Source of the DNA: Nanohaloarchaea archaeon B1-Br10_U2g21
GTDB taxonomy: Archaea > Nanohalarchaeota > Nanosalinia > Nanosalinales > Nanosalinaceae
NCBI GenBank assembly: GCA_001563915.1
Contig: LKMP01000001.1
Location: forward strand, 1 to 64,000
Direction of reading: 5' to 3'
Length of the DNA: 64,000 bases
Shown one piece after another: positions 18,591 to 27,972 of this stretch. Each line of letters begins with the position of its first letter. Positions within the stretch are counted from its first letter, which is position 1. The notes beneath the pieces are model-generated. The model saw only the letters and a list, made by a program, of their open reading frames with translations, had not been told where the DNA came from and made no database searches. A program made the translations under genes and the position numbers.

Positions 18591-20336
18591 TTAAATTTTC
18601 CAGTGAGGGTCTACTGAGTCTTTAATATCCACTATTTTTTTGAGAGTTTTCTTTTCCCCTTCTGTTAGCAACTCTTCAAGCTGTTGAAGTCTTCGATAGT
18701 CTTTCTTTGTGATATTGGTATAGAGGTGGTCACCTGCTTCAAAACTTCTGCCTACTGTGGCGTTTGAGATTGATAAGGCCACCATATCTCCTTTTTCAGC
18801 TTTATCAAGAGATTCTCCCTCATCTTGTAAACTTTTTATGCCGCCTACAAGGTCTCCATCTTCAGTAATTAGACTTCCATTATTCAATACTCCATCTACG
18901 ACTTTTACGCCTATAACTACAGGGTTTGAGGATCTGAAGATATGTTCAGGCATAGTTCTTATTTCTGCAGGTCTTGAAACCTTTTCCAGAGCGTACTCAA
19001 GTTTTCGCTCCTCCAGTTCTTCTTTCCAAGCTGTGTAATTATCAATTATTTCATAAATTACATTACTGGAGAATACACTAAGATTTTTGTCTTCAGATAA
19101 AGTTTTTGCGTTCTTAGTGATTCCTGAGTTGAATGAAAGTATTGCTCGATATTCAGAGTCTTCATTCTCTGCTTCTATAATATCACTTTTCTTTACTGGA
19201 CCGACTTCAGCTTTTTGAACTTTTATGCCAGAATCCTCGATTTCCCGCATTAAAGCCTCAAGAGAACCCAAGGAATCGGCTTTTACTATTACGCCTTCAG
19301 TATGTGTTTCGTGTTCTGCTGTTTCTAATTCTGTTTCTACTTCTTCAATAAGCTCCTCTATGTTTTCCCCTGTCCTGATAGGAGCTCCAGATACTACGTT
19401 TTCAAGGTCTTGCCCTGCAATTTTTATCCCTGAAGCAGGATTTACTTCATTGATTTCCTGATATTGTCTGTCTAATCTAATTTCTTTGAGAGGTCTTGGT
19501 TTTAGTAAGGCGCGAATCTCGGTAGTTTCTGCTCCGTCAGGAGTTCCATATACTAGTGTATCTTCTCTGCTTATAGTGCCATCGTAGTGGATTACATCTA
19601 TTGTTGTTCCGAATCCTTTTTGCTCTGATACTTCAAGGACTGTGGCTTTCCCTGTTCCTTCAGTGACCTGTAGTTGGTCTTCGAGGTAGTTTTGTGCTAA
19701 GCCTGCTACTACCATTAGTAATTCCGGCAATCCTTCGCCAGTCATTGCTGATACGGGAATTACACCTATTTTTTCTGTAAAGTCATCAACCCTGTCGAAT
19801 CGATCGATTATGAATCCATACTCATTTAGCTCAGCCATTAGTTCGTAAATGTTTTCATCAAGTTTTTGCTGGACGTTTTCAGGCTGATTCTGAATATTTA
19901 CTGAAAATATTTCGTTTTCGGAACTCCATCCAGGAATCGTATCTATCTTATTCAGTGCTATTACAAAAGGCGTTTTACTATCGCTTAGAATCTTGATAGC
20001 TTCTTCTGTTTGGGGTTGGACGCCTTCTTCTATATCTATGACAAGCACAGCAATGTCGCTGATACTTCCCCCTCTTTTACGAAGAGATGAGAATGCTGCA
20101 TGACCAGGGGTGTCAATGAATAACAAACCGGGAATAGTTAAATCTGTATCAAGTTGTTTCAGGAGATTCCCGCATACGTCTTTTACTGTATCTAAAGGTA
20201 CTTCAGTAGCGCCAATCATCTGAGTGATGCCGCCTGCCTCACCCTCTACTATTTCGGAATGCCTTATTTTATCTAGTAAAGAAGTTTTTCCTGAGTCTAC
20301 GTGCCCTAAAACTGAGAGTATTGGTTGGCGAGGCAT
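18591..20336 (-). CDS. infB: Translation initiation factor aIF5B (IF-2)
   Basis: RQPILSVLGHVDSGKT, EAGGITQMIGA, FIDTPGHAAF and NKID. Confidence 0.97.
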   Translation of the reverse strand: MPRQPILSVLGHVDSGKTSLLDKIRHSEIVEGEAGGITQMIGATEVPLDTVKDVCGNLLKQLDTDLTIPGLLFIDTPGHAAFSSLRKRGGSISDIAVLVIDIEEGVQPQTEEAIKILSDSKTPFVIALNKIDTIPGWSSENEIFSVNIQNQPENVQQKLDENIYELMAELNEYGFIIDRFDRVDDFTEKIGVIPVSAMTGEGLPELLMVVAGLAQNYLEDQLQVTEGTGKATVLEVSEQKGFGTTIDVIHYDGTISREDTLVYGTPDGAETTEIRALLKPRPLKEIRLDRQYQEINEVNPASGIKIAGQDLENVVSGAPIRTGENIEELIEEVETELETAEHETHTEGVIVKADSLGSLEALMREIEDSGIKVQKAEVGPVKKSDIIEAENEDSEYRAILSFNSGITKNAKTLSEDKNLSVFSSNVIYEIIDNYTAWKEELEERKLEYALEKVSRPAEIRTMPEHIFRSSNPVVIGVKVVDGVLNNGSLITEDGDLVGGIKSLQDEGESLDKAEKGDMVALSISNATVGRSFEAGDHLYTNITKKDYRRLQQLEELLTEGEKKTLKKIVDIKDSVDPHWKI

Positions 20337-20357
20337 TCTTTTTTCACCGGTTAGGCC

Positions 20358-20504
20358 TCACCTAGGATATGTGTGGCTTCTGTTTTTGCGGTAGTTTTTC
20401 TCGCATTTTCCGCTGCAGAAGTAAAGTTTTTTACCGGAGTTAAGAACTAGTAGTTTTCCTTCAGTCTTTGCTACTTCTTTACCGCAGTAATCACATTCTA
20501 CCAT
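20358..20504 (-). CDS. rpl24e: 50S ribosomal protein L24e
   Basis: Hand translation MVECDYCGKEVAKTEGKLLVLNSGKKLYFCSGKCEKNYRKNRSHTYPR; position after L7Ae and S28e. Confidence 0.92.
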   Translation of the reverse strand: MVECDYCGKEVAKTEGKLLVLNSGKKLYFCSGKCEKNYRKNRSHTYPR

Positions 20505-20507
20505 TTT

Positions 20508-20684
20508 TTATCCCTCCATCTGTGTTTCCTTGATGTGTACTACGTCGTCTTCTCTTATAGGGCCTCGAGCGTCACGTACAAGAATTTTTCCTTCTTCATC
20601 TCCTTCGATGACTCTGCATCGTACTTTACGGACGGTTCTGTGCCCTTGATCTCCTATTACTTCTATTACTTTTGCTTCTACCAT
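20508..20684 (-). CDS. rps28e: 30S ribosomal protein S28e
   Basis: Hand translation MVEAKVIEVIGDQGHRTVRKVRCRVIEGDEEGKILVRDARGPIREDDVVHIKETQMEG. Confidence 0.92.
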   Translation of the reverse strand: MVEAKVIEVIGDQGHRTVRKVRCRVIEGDEEGKILVRDARGPIREDDVVHIKETQMEG

Positions 20685-20705
20685 TTCGAAGTTTTCACCT
20701 GTTTT

Positions 20706-21077
20706 TTATTCTTCTTTTTCAAGCAGTTCTGCAGCTTTTTCTGCGACATCTTCTATGTCTGATTCTGCATTTCCTGACTGTGTTACTGCAATTGCTGCGC
20801 TCTGAACGTTGATTCCTGCAGCTAAACCTAGTTCTTCCTTATCTGGAACAAATGTGTAAGGAATATCTCTTTCACCTGCTAATGCTGGCAGATGCATAAC
20901 TACTTCCTCAGGAGAAACATTTTCTGCAATTACAATCAAATCTGCATTGCTTCTCTCAACAGCTTTTGTGACTTCGTTTGTACCAATAGCTACTTTGCCA
21001 GTGTCTGCTGCTTTCTCAATTGTATCATAGGTTTTTTCTGCAAGTGAATCGTTTGGACTGAATTTGTTGTAACTCAT
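20706..21077 (-). CDS. rpl7ae: 50S ribosomal protein L7Ae
   Basis: GTNEVTKAVER, IAENVSPEEVVMHLP and ELGLAAGI. Confidence 0.96.
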   Translation of the reverse strand: MSYNKFSPNDSLAEKTYDTIEKAADTGKVAIGTNEVTKAVERSNADLIVIAENVSPEEVVMHLPALAGERDIPYTFVPDKEELGLAAGINVQSAAIAVTQSGNAESDIEDVAEKAAELLEKEE

Positions 21078-21146
21078 TTTTTAATCAACCTCTCCTCAAA
21101 TCTTTCATCAAGGTCTAAAACAGAAGTCTCAGACAACTTTTTTATA

Positions 21147-21335
21147 CTAACCTCGGTGTTCGTGTTTAATGAACTCTCGCATCTTTTTTTCTTCAAAACT
21201 ATGGATGCCTTTCTCTAAGAGTTCAATGACTTCGTGCACTGATCTTTTTTCGTGACGTGTCTTTACATCTAAGCCTTCTGCTAGGTCTAATAGTTCTGAA
21301 GCCTTTTCTCTGAACTCTTTAATTTCGGCACTCAT
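21147..21335 (-). CDS. Small hypothetical protein
   Basis: 62-aa helical ORF that fills the intergenic gap. Confidence 0.6.
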   Translation of the reverse strand: MSAEIKEFREKASELLDLAEGLDVKTRHEKRSVHEVIELLEKGIHSFEEKKMREFIKHEHRG

Positions 21336-21362
21336 GAAAATAAGTGAGGGCTAAAACTTTAC

Positions 21363-22013
21363 TTAGTTAATGGAAGATTCAATTCTCCGTCTCCTATCTG
21401 AGAATTCATTAAGCACTTCTGAAACTTCGGATTCAAATCTGCGACTATCCTCTACACCTCTTTCAAGCTGGCTCATAAGATCCTCTACTTCGCGTGATAG
21501 GTACCTCATTTCTTCTACCATTTCCTGCACATGATTAAACTCATCTACTTCTAGAAAGAGAGTATTATTGTCTGAAGGCATAGGTTTAGACTGTGAAGTC
21601 TTTTTCTTTTTTGAACGGTTGATGCCTCGAACTTCTTTGCTAATAGACTTCAAATCATTTTTGAATTCTTGCGAGGATGTGTCTGCCGCATTTTCGGTAA
21701 CTTTCGGAGCATTTAGCGCTGCTTTCTGGGTGTTAAGCGCATCACTTGTATTTTGTACGTTGGAAGCATTATCTTGTTTTTGCGTATTTTGTTGCTGCTT
21801 ATCTGCATTACTAGGATTTCTTGGAATATTAGGTGTTGCAGATGCTTCAGAGTTTTGTTGAGGTGTAGGCGGCTGTAAATCTTCTTGAGGATTGGTGTCT
21901 GGTTGAGGTGGCTGAGGACCCTCTGCATCATTTTCTTTGGATTCGACCAGCTGTTTTATTTCTTCCATATTTTCCTTCAGCTTTTCCTTGTCGTCGCCGC
22001 CTAGATTAAACAT
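21363..22013 (-). CDS. Hypothetical protein with Q/P/N-rich disordered linker and C-terminal coiled coil
   Basis: Low-complexity middle region, then LFLEVDEFNHVQEMVEEM and a heptad region. Confidence 0.75.
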   Translation of the reverse strand: MFNLGGDDKEKLKENMEEIKQLVESKENDAEGPQPPQPDTNPQEDLQPPTPQQNSEASATPNIPRNPSNADKQQQNTQKQDNASNVQNTSDALNTQKAALNAPKVTENAADTSSQEFKNDLKSISKEVRGINRSKKKKTSQSKPMPSDNNTLFLEVDEFNHVQEMVEEMRYLSREVEDLMSQLERGVEDSRRFESEVSEVLNEFSDRRRRIESSIN

Positions 22014-22036
22014 AGAGAATTATTCTGTCTCCGGGT

Positions 22037-22573
22037 TTAAATGGTTTGGCTGAATTTGTTGTGGTAGTCTTCTACCTGCTCTAGAAATCTCTCCATTTTT
22101 GACTGGTATTCTTCAGAAACCTCTTCTTCAGCAAAGTGTTGGTCTACATTTGATACAGGCATGCTAGGTCCTGTAAGCCCGCCCAACGCGATTGTTATAT
22201 CATGTAGATGGCTTAGTGCTCTTAAGCCTCCGAATCCTCCTTTAGAAACGGTTACGTACGTGAAAATTCTATCATTGTATTCAGGATATAAGTAGTCTAG
22301 AATGTTTTTCAGCGCACCAGGAATGCTGTGATTATACTCGGGAGACACTATTGTTATTACATCAGACCATTCTACCATCTCAGCGAAGATTTCGACATCT
22401 TCCGGAGGGTTTTCCGCATTGCTGAGCCTTTCTTCCATGTGGGGAACATCTCTCTCTTTCAAATCAAAGAGTTGTACCTCATGTCGCTTTGAGAAGAATG
22501 CTGATACTTTATCCGCTACATCTCCAGTAGTACGTCCTTTCCTTACTGTTCCTGTAATAACCAGAATTTTCAT
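22037..22573 (-). CDS. NADPH-dependent FMN reductase
   Basis: ITGTVRKGR, SPEYNHSIPGALKNILD and GFGGLRA. Confidence 0.92.
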   Translation of the reverse strand: MKILVITGTVRKGRTTGDVADKVSAFFSKRHEVQLFDLKERDVPHMEERLSNAENPPEDVEIFAEMVEWSDVITIVSPEYNHSIPGALKNILDYLYPEYNDRIFTYVTVSKGGFGGLRALSHLHDITIALGGLTGPSMPVSNVDQHFAEEEVSEEYQSKMERFLEQVEDYHNKFSQTI

Positions 22574-23172
22574 TCTGCTTCGACTTCTTCTACCTCTGCA
22601 AAGTCTTCAAGGCCTAAACCGAATTCTTCGCCACGAATATCTGAGTATTCTCTGCCTAGTAGATATAATATTGTCGCTACTGACTTTTCGCCTTTGTTGT
22701 TTGCAGGTACAGCAATGTCAATGTTTTTCAGACTGTTTTCAGAGTCTGTTATCGCAATTACAGGCAAATTTGTGTGTTTAGCTTCTTTTATAGCCTGTGC
22801 ATCTGTTTCAGGATCGGTTACTACTACTATTTCTGGCTCTGCAAAATCGTCACTCTGAGGATTTGTAAGTGTTCCAGGCATGAATCTTCCAGTTATCTGT
22901 TGAGTATTCAGAGTGTCTGAAAGTTTTTCTATAGAATCAATTACCTCTTCTTTTCGCCCTACAAGCATTATGTCTTCTGGTTCATATTCCGAAAGAAGCT
23001 CAGATGCTTTTCTGACTTGTTCGTCAGTTTTTTCTAAGTTGATAACGGCAAGCTGATTTTTCTTAACATGGAAAATAAACTCTTCCATGTCTTTGTGCTG
23101 TGATTTTGTACCGATGTGTACTCCTCGCTTTAGGTACTCCTCACGATCGATTAAAAGCTCTTCCTCAGTCAT
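22570..23172 (-). CDS. rps2: 30S ribosomal protein S2
   Basis: GVHIGTK, GRFMPGTLTNP, DAQAIKEA and PANNKG. Confidence 0.96.
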   Translation of the reverse strand: MTEEELLIDREEYLKRGVHIGTKSQHKDMEEFIFHVKKNQLAVINLEKTDEQVRKASELLSEYEPEDIMLVGRKEEVIDSIEKLSDTLNTQQITGRFMPGTLTNPQSDDFAEPEIVVVTDPETDAQAIKEAKHTNLPVIAITDSENSLKNIDIAVPANNKGEKSVATILYLLGREYSDIRGEEFGLGLEDFAEVEEVEAE

Positions 23173-23246
23173 ACACCCGACTTACATACAAAATATTAAA
23201 TACGGCCCGACTTCATAGCACTGTTTTTGAGGCATATTATCAAATT

Positions 23247-24365
23247 TTAGAAACCTATTTCAGGTTCATTAGCCTCATCCCAAAGTCTTAGAAGCCTATT
23301 CAGTTTTGCTATGCGGATATCTGCAAGACCTGCTTTAATTACGGGACATTCCCACTCTAATGCTAAATCGGAAATTGTAGAGTCGCATGTTTCACCTGAC
23401 CGATGAGATATAATGGGGGTATAGTCCGCCTTTTTAGATAGACTTACGGTTTCCAAAGCTTCTGTCACTGTACCTATCTGATTAGGTTTCACAATCAGAG
23501 AGTTGCATGAATCCTGTTCTACACCTTTCCGAAGTCTTTCAACGTTGGTGGTGAGCAAATCGTCACCACATATCATTAAATCAGGAAACTCGCGGGTCAG
23601 TTTAGCGTGCATGATGAAATCTTCTTGATCGAAAGGATCCTCAACATAAATTAGGTCAAATCTTTCTATTATCTTTTTCACAAATTTTAGGTGTTCTTCG
23701 GGAGATCTACTGGCGCCCATTGAACCCATTTTATAATTTCCGTCTTCATAGAATTCGGAAGCTGCAATATCAAGACCTATACTGGCATCATATTTATCAG
23801 TTACTTTTTTCAACGCCTTCAAAGTCTGTTCATCGTCCATTGAAGTGATAAGAGCTCCTTCATCGTTTATACCCATTACTTTCTGCTTGTACCGTTTTTT
23901 CAATTCTTGATAAATTTTCCTATTAGTTTCAATAGCTTCGGGAAAAGTTTCTGCATTTACAGGCAGTACTAGAAATTCCTGTATGCTAGTATTTCCTCCG
24001 TGTTCTCCTCCCCCGATGACGTTACTTAGGGGCAAAGGAAACTTTTCGGTACGTTCAAAGCCTGAAGCCTTTTTAAATGCAAAACTAGAGGCAATCGCGG
24101 CTGCACCGATTCTTGAGAAATCTTCTGTTCCATCAAGTTCTCTTAGTTGTTTATCAAACTCATTCTGCGTTAAGTTCTTACCCTCCAATTTTTGTAACAG
24201 TTTTTCGACTTCATCAAGATGTCTGGGCACAAAACACTTAGCTTCATGTGTGCCTGTAGATGCTCCTGAAGGTGCTGAGGCAGTCACACCGTTTATTTCT
24301 GCTTCTATAGTATAGTTTGTACGAGAATCAAGTATTTTACGTAGTTTGAGAGATTCTACTTTCAT
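23247..24365 (-). CDS. eno: Enolase
   Basis: ILDSR, PSGASTG.HEA, IQEF, KPNQIGT and SHRSGET. Start moved to ATG 24365 (MKVESL). Confidence 0.95.
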   Translation of the reverse strand: MKVESLKLRKILDSRTNYTIEAEINGVTASAPSGASTGTHEAKCFVPRHLDEVEKLLQKLEGKNLTQNEFDKQLRELDGTEDFSRIGAAAIASSFAFKKASGFERTEKFPLPLSNVIGGGEHGGNTSIQEFLVLPVNAETFPEAIETNRKIYQELKKRYKQKVMGINDEGALITSMDDEQTLKALKKVTDKYDASIGLDIAASEFYEDGNYKMGSMGASRSPEEHLKFVKKIIERFDLIYVEDPFDQEDFIMHAKLTREFPDLMICGDDLLTTNVERLRKGVEQDSCNSLIVKPNQIGTVTEALETVSLSKKADYTPIISHRSGETCDSTISDLALEWECPVIKAGLADIRIAKLNRLLRLWDEANEPEIGF

Positions 24366-24452
24366 AACTTTAAACAGGTCTGACAGTTTAAACAAGTTCG
24401 GAGGTATGAGTTTACACAAAGCACCTAAAAAAATTAGTATCAATAAATAGCC

Positions 24453-25118
24453 ATGGTTGACAGAATCAGCACAGGAATTCCAGGACTTAACAAAGTTATA
24501 GATGGAGGTTTTCCGAAAGAAAGCGTTACACTATTAACAGGAGGACCGGGATCAGGAAAAACAACATTTTGTATCCAATTTATGATTGAAGGTCTGAAAA
24601 ATGATGAAAACTGCTTATACATAACTACAGGCCAAAGTACGGACGAAATACGTAGAGATGCAAAAGAATTTGATATGGATTTTGATAATTATTTTGAAGG
24701 CCTTTCAATGGTTCATGTAAATCCTTCAAAAAATATTGAGGAAGATTTAGCAGACTATATTAGGGATGAGAGTTTTGACCGTATAGTTGTGGACTCGCTA
24801 AGCATATTTGAAATGTATTGGGGACAAAAAGATGGTCTTAGAAGATATCTTAACAAGTTGATTGAACATCTAAAAGAGCTTGAAGCTACAGTAGTTATAA
24901 CTTCGGAGCTTCCTGAGAAATCTAAGGGACTTTCTCGTTTTGGTATCGCAGAGTTTGTAGTTGATGGTGTGATAAGGCTTGAAGGTTTTGCTCTTGGAGA
25001 CGCAACATATAGATCTATGCAAGTAGTAAAAATGAGAAGAACTCCAGTAGATGGAACTTTAAAGGGTTTGAACCTTGATTCAAGCGGTATAAGCATTGAA
25101 GAAAGCGAGAAAATATAA
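24453..25118 (+). CDS. Single-domain KaiC/RAD55-like ATPase
   Basis: RISTGIPGLNKVIDGGFP, GGPGSGKTTF, RIVVDSLS, EFVVDGVIRL and VVKMRRT. Confidence 0.93.
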   Translation: MVDRISTGIPGLNKVIDGGFPKESVTLLTGGPGSGKTTFCIQFMIEGLKNDENCLYITTGQSTDEIRRDAKEFDMDFDNYFEGLSMVHVNPSKNIEEDLADYIRDESFDRIVVDSLSIFEMYWGQKDGLRRYLNKLIEHLKELEATVVITSELPEKSKGLSRFGIAEFVVDGVIRLEGFALGDATYRSMQVVKMRRTPVDGTLKGLNLDSSGISIEESEKI

Positions 25119-25157
25119 GGCCTGAAAGGTTTTTTTACCTATTACCCAATAGGCTTT

Positions 25158-26045
25158 ATGGAGTCTGAAAGAATAAAGTTTGAAGCTTACAAAGATGACG
25201 AGCTGGACTCTAGGTATATTGAATCTGTGGTGGACTTGACTCAGTCTGCATTCAGTGCAAAAGATATTCCTATAGAGGAGGATATTTTAGATCATATACT
25301 AGGGGACTTAACAGTCATACTAGCGCTGAGAGGGGATGAACCTGTAGGTTTCGGAAGTGCTTTAGGGCTTGAAAATACAGTGGTCCAACATGGGGCTGCC
25401 GTTGATCCATGTGTACAAGAGAAAGGTCTTGGTAAGGCATTGATAGATTGTGCAACGTTACTGGAAGCTCGAGATGATGAAGTAGTTATAGGAGGTAGGA
25501 CTCAGTCTCCATTCTATGTTAAATATATCAGTGAAAAAGGCGGTTATCCCTGTAGAGATAGGGAGACAAATGAAGACTTAGTTGACTGTCTAAGGGAGCT
25601 AGCAAATTATTATAGTCCTGATTCAGAACTTGAAGGTCATGTGTTAAGAAAAGCTTATCCTGAACCTCTTTACAAAGAGGAAGATTTGTTAGAGAGTCAA
25701 GAGGTTCTTTCAGAATTTGTGGATTCTGAGGTAAATCTGTTTAGAGGAGATGGTATTTTAGCAGCCGCTCAGACGACTGTCGAAACTCTTGGAAGAGCGA
25801 TAATCGATGCTGGTTATGAATTAGAATATGCTGGCGAGAAGGTTAAAGTAGATTGTGGCAAATCAAATTGTATGGATGCTGATAAGACGTTGAATGAAAT
25901 GTTAGATTTAATGGGTGCTGCTGAAAGTAAAGCTACAACGTTAGATATGCTCTCATTAAGAAGAGATGAAAAGAGTTCTTTTAGTAATTTGAGAACGTAT
26001 GATGAAGAATTTGAAAAGCTGTTTAGAATGATTTCTTCTAACTAA
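25158..26045 (+). CDS. Putative GNAT-fold acetyltransferase
   Basis: EPVGFG...AAVDPCVQEKGLGKALI (acetyl-CoA-binding motif A). Confidence 0.7.
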   Translation: MESERIKFEAYKDDELDSRYIESVVDLTQSAFSAKDIPIEEDILDHILGDLTVILALRGDEPVGFGSALGLENTVVQHGAAVDPCVQEKGLGKALIDCATLLEARDDEVVIGGRTQSPFYVKYISEKGGYPCRDRETNEDLVDCLRELANYYSPDSELEGHVLRKAYPEPLYKEEDLLESQEVLSEFVDSEVNLFRGDGILAAAQTTVETLGRAIIDAGYELEYAGEKVKVDCGKSNCMDADKTLNEMLDLMGAAESKATTLDMLSLRRDEKSSFSNLRTYDEEFEKLFRMISSN

Positions 26046-26162
26046 TTACAAGTTTTAGGCGCACTTTCATATTTCAAGACTAAAATAAAGGTAATCTTAT
26101 CAAAATCCTGAGTTTCTAGCTTTAGAAAGGTATTAATTTGTCAGGCGGCTTATAAACTTAAT

Positions 26163-26696
26163 ATGGCTGTGAAAGGTTTGATAGAAGATCTTTTGCGTTC
26201 AAACGCAATGAATTATGAGGAAGGCCGTCTTGACATACTTGGCATACCGGGAGTGGTGATTCCAGCACCAACATATGTGAAGTTGTTAGAAGAAATAGTC
26301 GAGAGAACAGATACAGACTTAATGGAGATGCTGTTTGAAACAGGAAAATATCATGGCAAAATTGCTGTAGATGACGTAGGAAGAGGTAATAAGACTACTA
26401 GAAGACAGTTTGTAGAACAAGCAATTAATACAGGTAACGTTATGGGGATGGGAGAGCTTAAGGTTGAGAAATATGAGCCTGAAGGAATTCTTCTTGTCAG
26501 TATAACGGATTCTCCTTTAAACGAATTCTTTAAAAAGTCAGATAGTCTTCCTGATGATCAAGTTATTCATTATTTCTTTCGAGGAGTAATGCATTCAATA
26601 AGTGAAAATCTTTTCGACTCTGAAATAAAATCGTCTGAAGAAAAATGTCAGAACTTAGGAGATGAAAAATGTGTTATTAAGTGCGAAATATTATGA
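26163..26696 (+). CDS. V4R (4-vinyl reductase) small-ligand-binding domain protein
   Basis: MGMGEL, FFRGVMHSI and EEKCQNLGDEKCVI. Confidence 0.8.
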   Translation: MAVKGLIEDLLRSNAMNYEEGRLDILGIPGVVIPAPTYVKLLEEIVERTDTDLMEMLFETGKYHGKIAVDDVGRGNKTTRRQFVEQAINTGNVMGMGELKVEKYEPEGILLVSITDSPLNEFFKKSDSLPDDQVIHYFFRGVMHSISENLFDSEIKSSEEKCQNLGDEKCVIKCEIL

Positions 26697-26706
26697 TAAA
26701 ATTTAG

Positions 26707-27723
26707 CTAGCCTGGATTTTCAAAGACGTAAAACGGTACTCTCGGAGGTAGTGTATCTGTTAGCTGTCTCATCCTATACTGGGTAATGCCTTCTTCATGC
26801 ACTATTTCAGATAAAGGTGATATATCGCTTTCAAAATTTACAATTATGTCTTGTAATCTAAGATCTTCAGAGCCTATAAGGCTGGAAGCATCAGCAGGAA
26901 CATCTAACATATTGCCTAAAATAGGAATATTTACATCATATCTGTTGCCATCTTCCTCAAAATAATTTTCAGCAAACCATTCTTCAACCGGATCGGTGGA
27001 TGCAGGTTCTAGACCTGATGCCTCAGCAATTTCATTTAACGTTGAAGCGCTGTAAGGATCGAATTCAAGTTTATCGACTATAGCTTCTTCAAATCTTGAG
27101 GCTTCGCATCTAAAACAGTACTGGTAAAGTAAATCTCCATTCTGCATCTCCATTTCAGCATAGGCTATAGGACTATCTTGAAGCGTTTCCTCTTCAATTT
27201 TAATGCTTTCTGGTTCAAGTACTGCTAAAGCATCTTTTAAACGAGGAACAGCTATCAGAGCAAGACCTCCAGGCCGTAAAGAATTTTTTACACCTTCAAG
27301 ACCTTGTAACAAGTAATCATTTGGCATTCCATTTATCTCAGGGCCTACAAGTTCTTGTAACGAGTTTGCTTGTAGATTGACATCATATGAATTTTGTTCA
27401 TCTCTAACTGGATGTGCAATATCTCCAAGTGATATTTCCAGATTAGAAGGGATATTTCCCTCATTTGCTTTTTTTACTATAGAGGAATCTATGTCAATCG
27501 CTTTTACTTCCCATTCTGTTTCATCAGCAAGTGTTTTTTCATATTCTGCTTTTCCTGCGCCTCCGCTGAGAATTCTATCAACGGGCGTGCCGGTATCTTC
27601 ATAGGCATTAATCGTACTCCTTGTTATGAATCCATTAAATTGATTGTCAAATTGGGGAAAACTCAAGTATAGACTGTTATCTCTAAGATGATTTAATCCA
27701 TACTCATCTTCAGATTCTTGCAT
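26707..27723 (-). CDS. Putative class I SAM-dependent methyltransferase
   Basis: RILSGGAGKA (motif I-like), VKAIDID, GDI, SYDV and LRPGG. Confidence 0.65.
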   Translation of the reverse strand: MQESEDEYGLNHLRDNSLYLSFPQFDNQFNGFITRSTINAYEDTGTPVDRILSGGAGKAEYEKTLADETEWEVKAIDIDSSIVKKANEGNIPSNLEISLGDIAHPVRDEQNSYDVNLQANSLQELVGPEINGMPNDYLLQGLEGVKNSLRPGGLALIAVPRLKDALAVLEPESIKIEEETLQDSPIAYAEMEMQNGDLLYQYCFRCEASRFEEAIVDKLEFDPYSASTLNEIAEASGLEPASTDPVEEWFAENYFEEDGNRYDVNIPILGNMLDVPADASSLIGSEDLRLQDIIVNFESDISPLSEIVHEEGITQYRMRQLTDTLPPRVPFYVFENPG

Positions 27724-27804
27724 AATTAGTACTATGTTCTATTGTTAATTAAGAAATAGTGCTTATGTAGAATTTGAACAAAAATGAGAAAAAATGATAT
27801 GCTT

Positions 27805-27966
27805 CTATCTGACCGTTATAGGTAGTGAGTCTTGTTCCATTTCCTTTTCTGCTATAATCATGGGGTCTTCGTCAGGATCTGTATCAACGAAAATTGGCGC
27901 TCCCATTGCGATTTGAAGACTTCTTGCACCTATAATTCTTGCTCGTTCGTAACGTGTGTAACTGAT
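27805..27966 (-). CDS. rpoK: RNA polymerase subunit K (Rpo6)
   Basis: Hand translation (I)[52 protein letters not shown]. There is no in-frame ATG/GTG/TTG before the conserved N-terminus (see findings). Confidence 0.9.
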   Translation of the reverse strand: MSYTRYERARIIGARSLQIAMGAPIFVDTDPDEDPMIIAEKEMEQDSLPITVR

Positions 27967-27972
27967 AATTTT

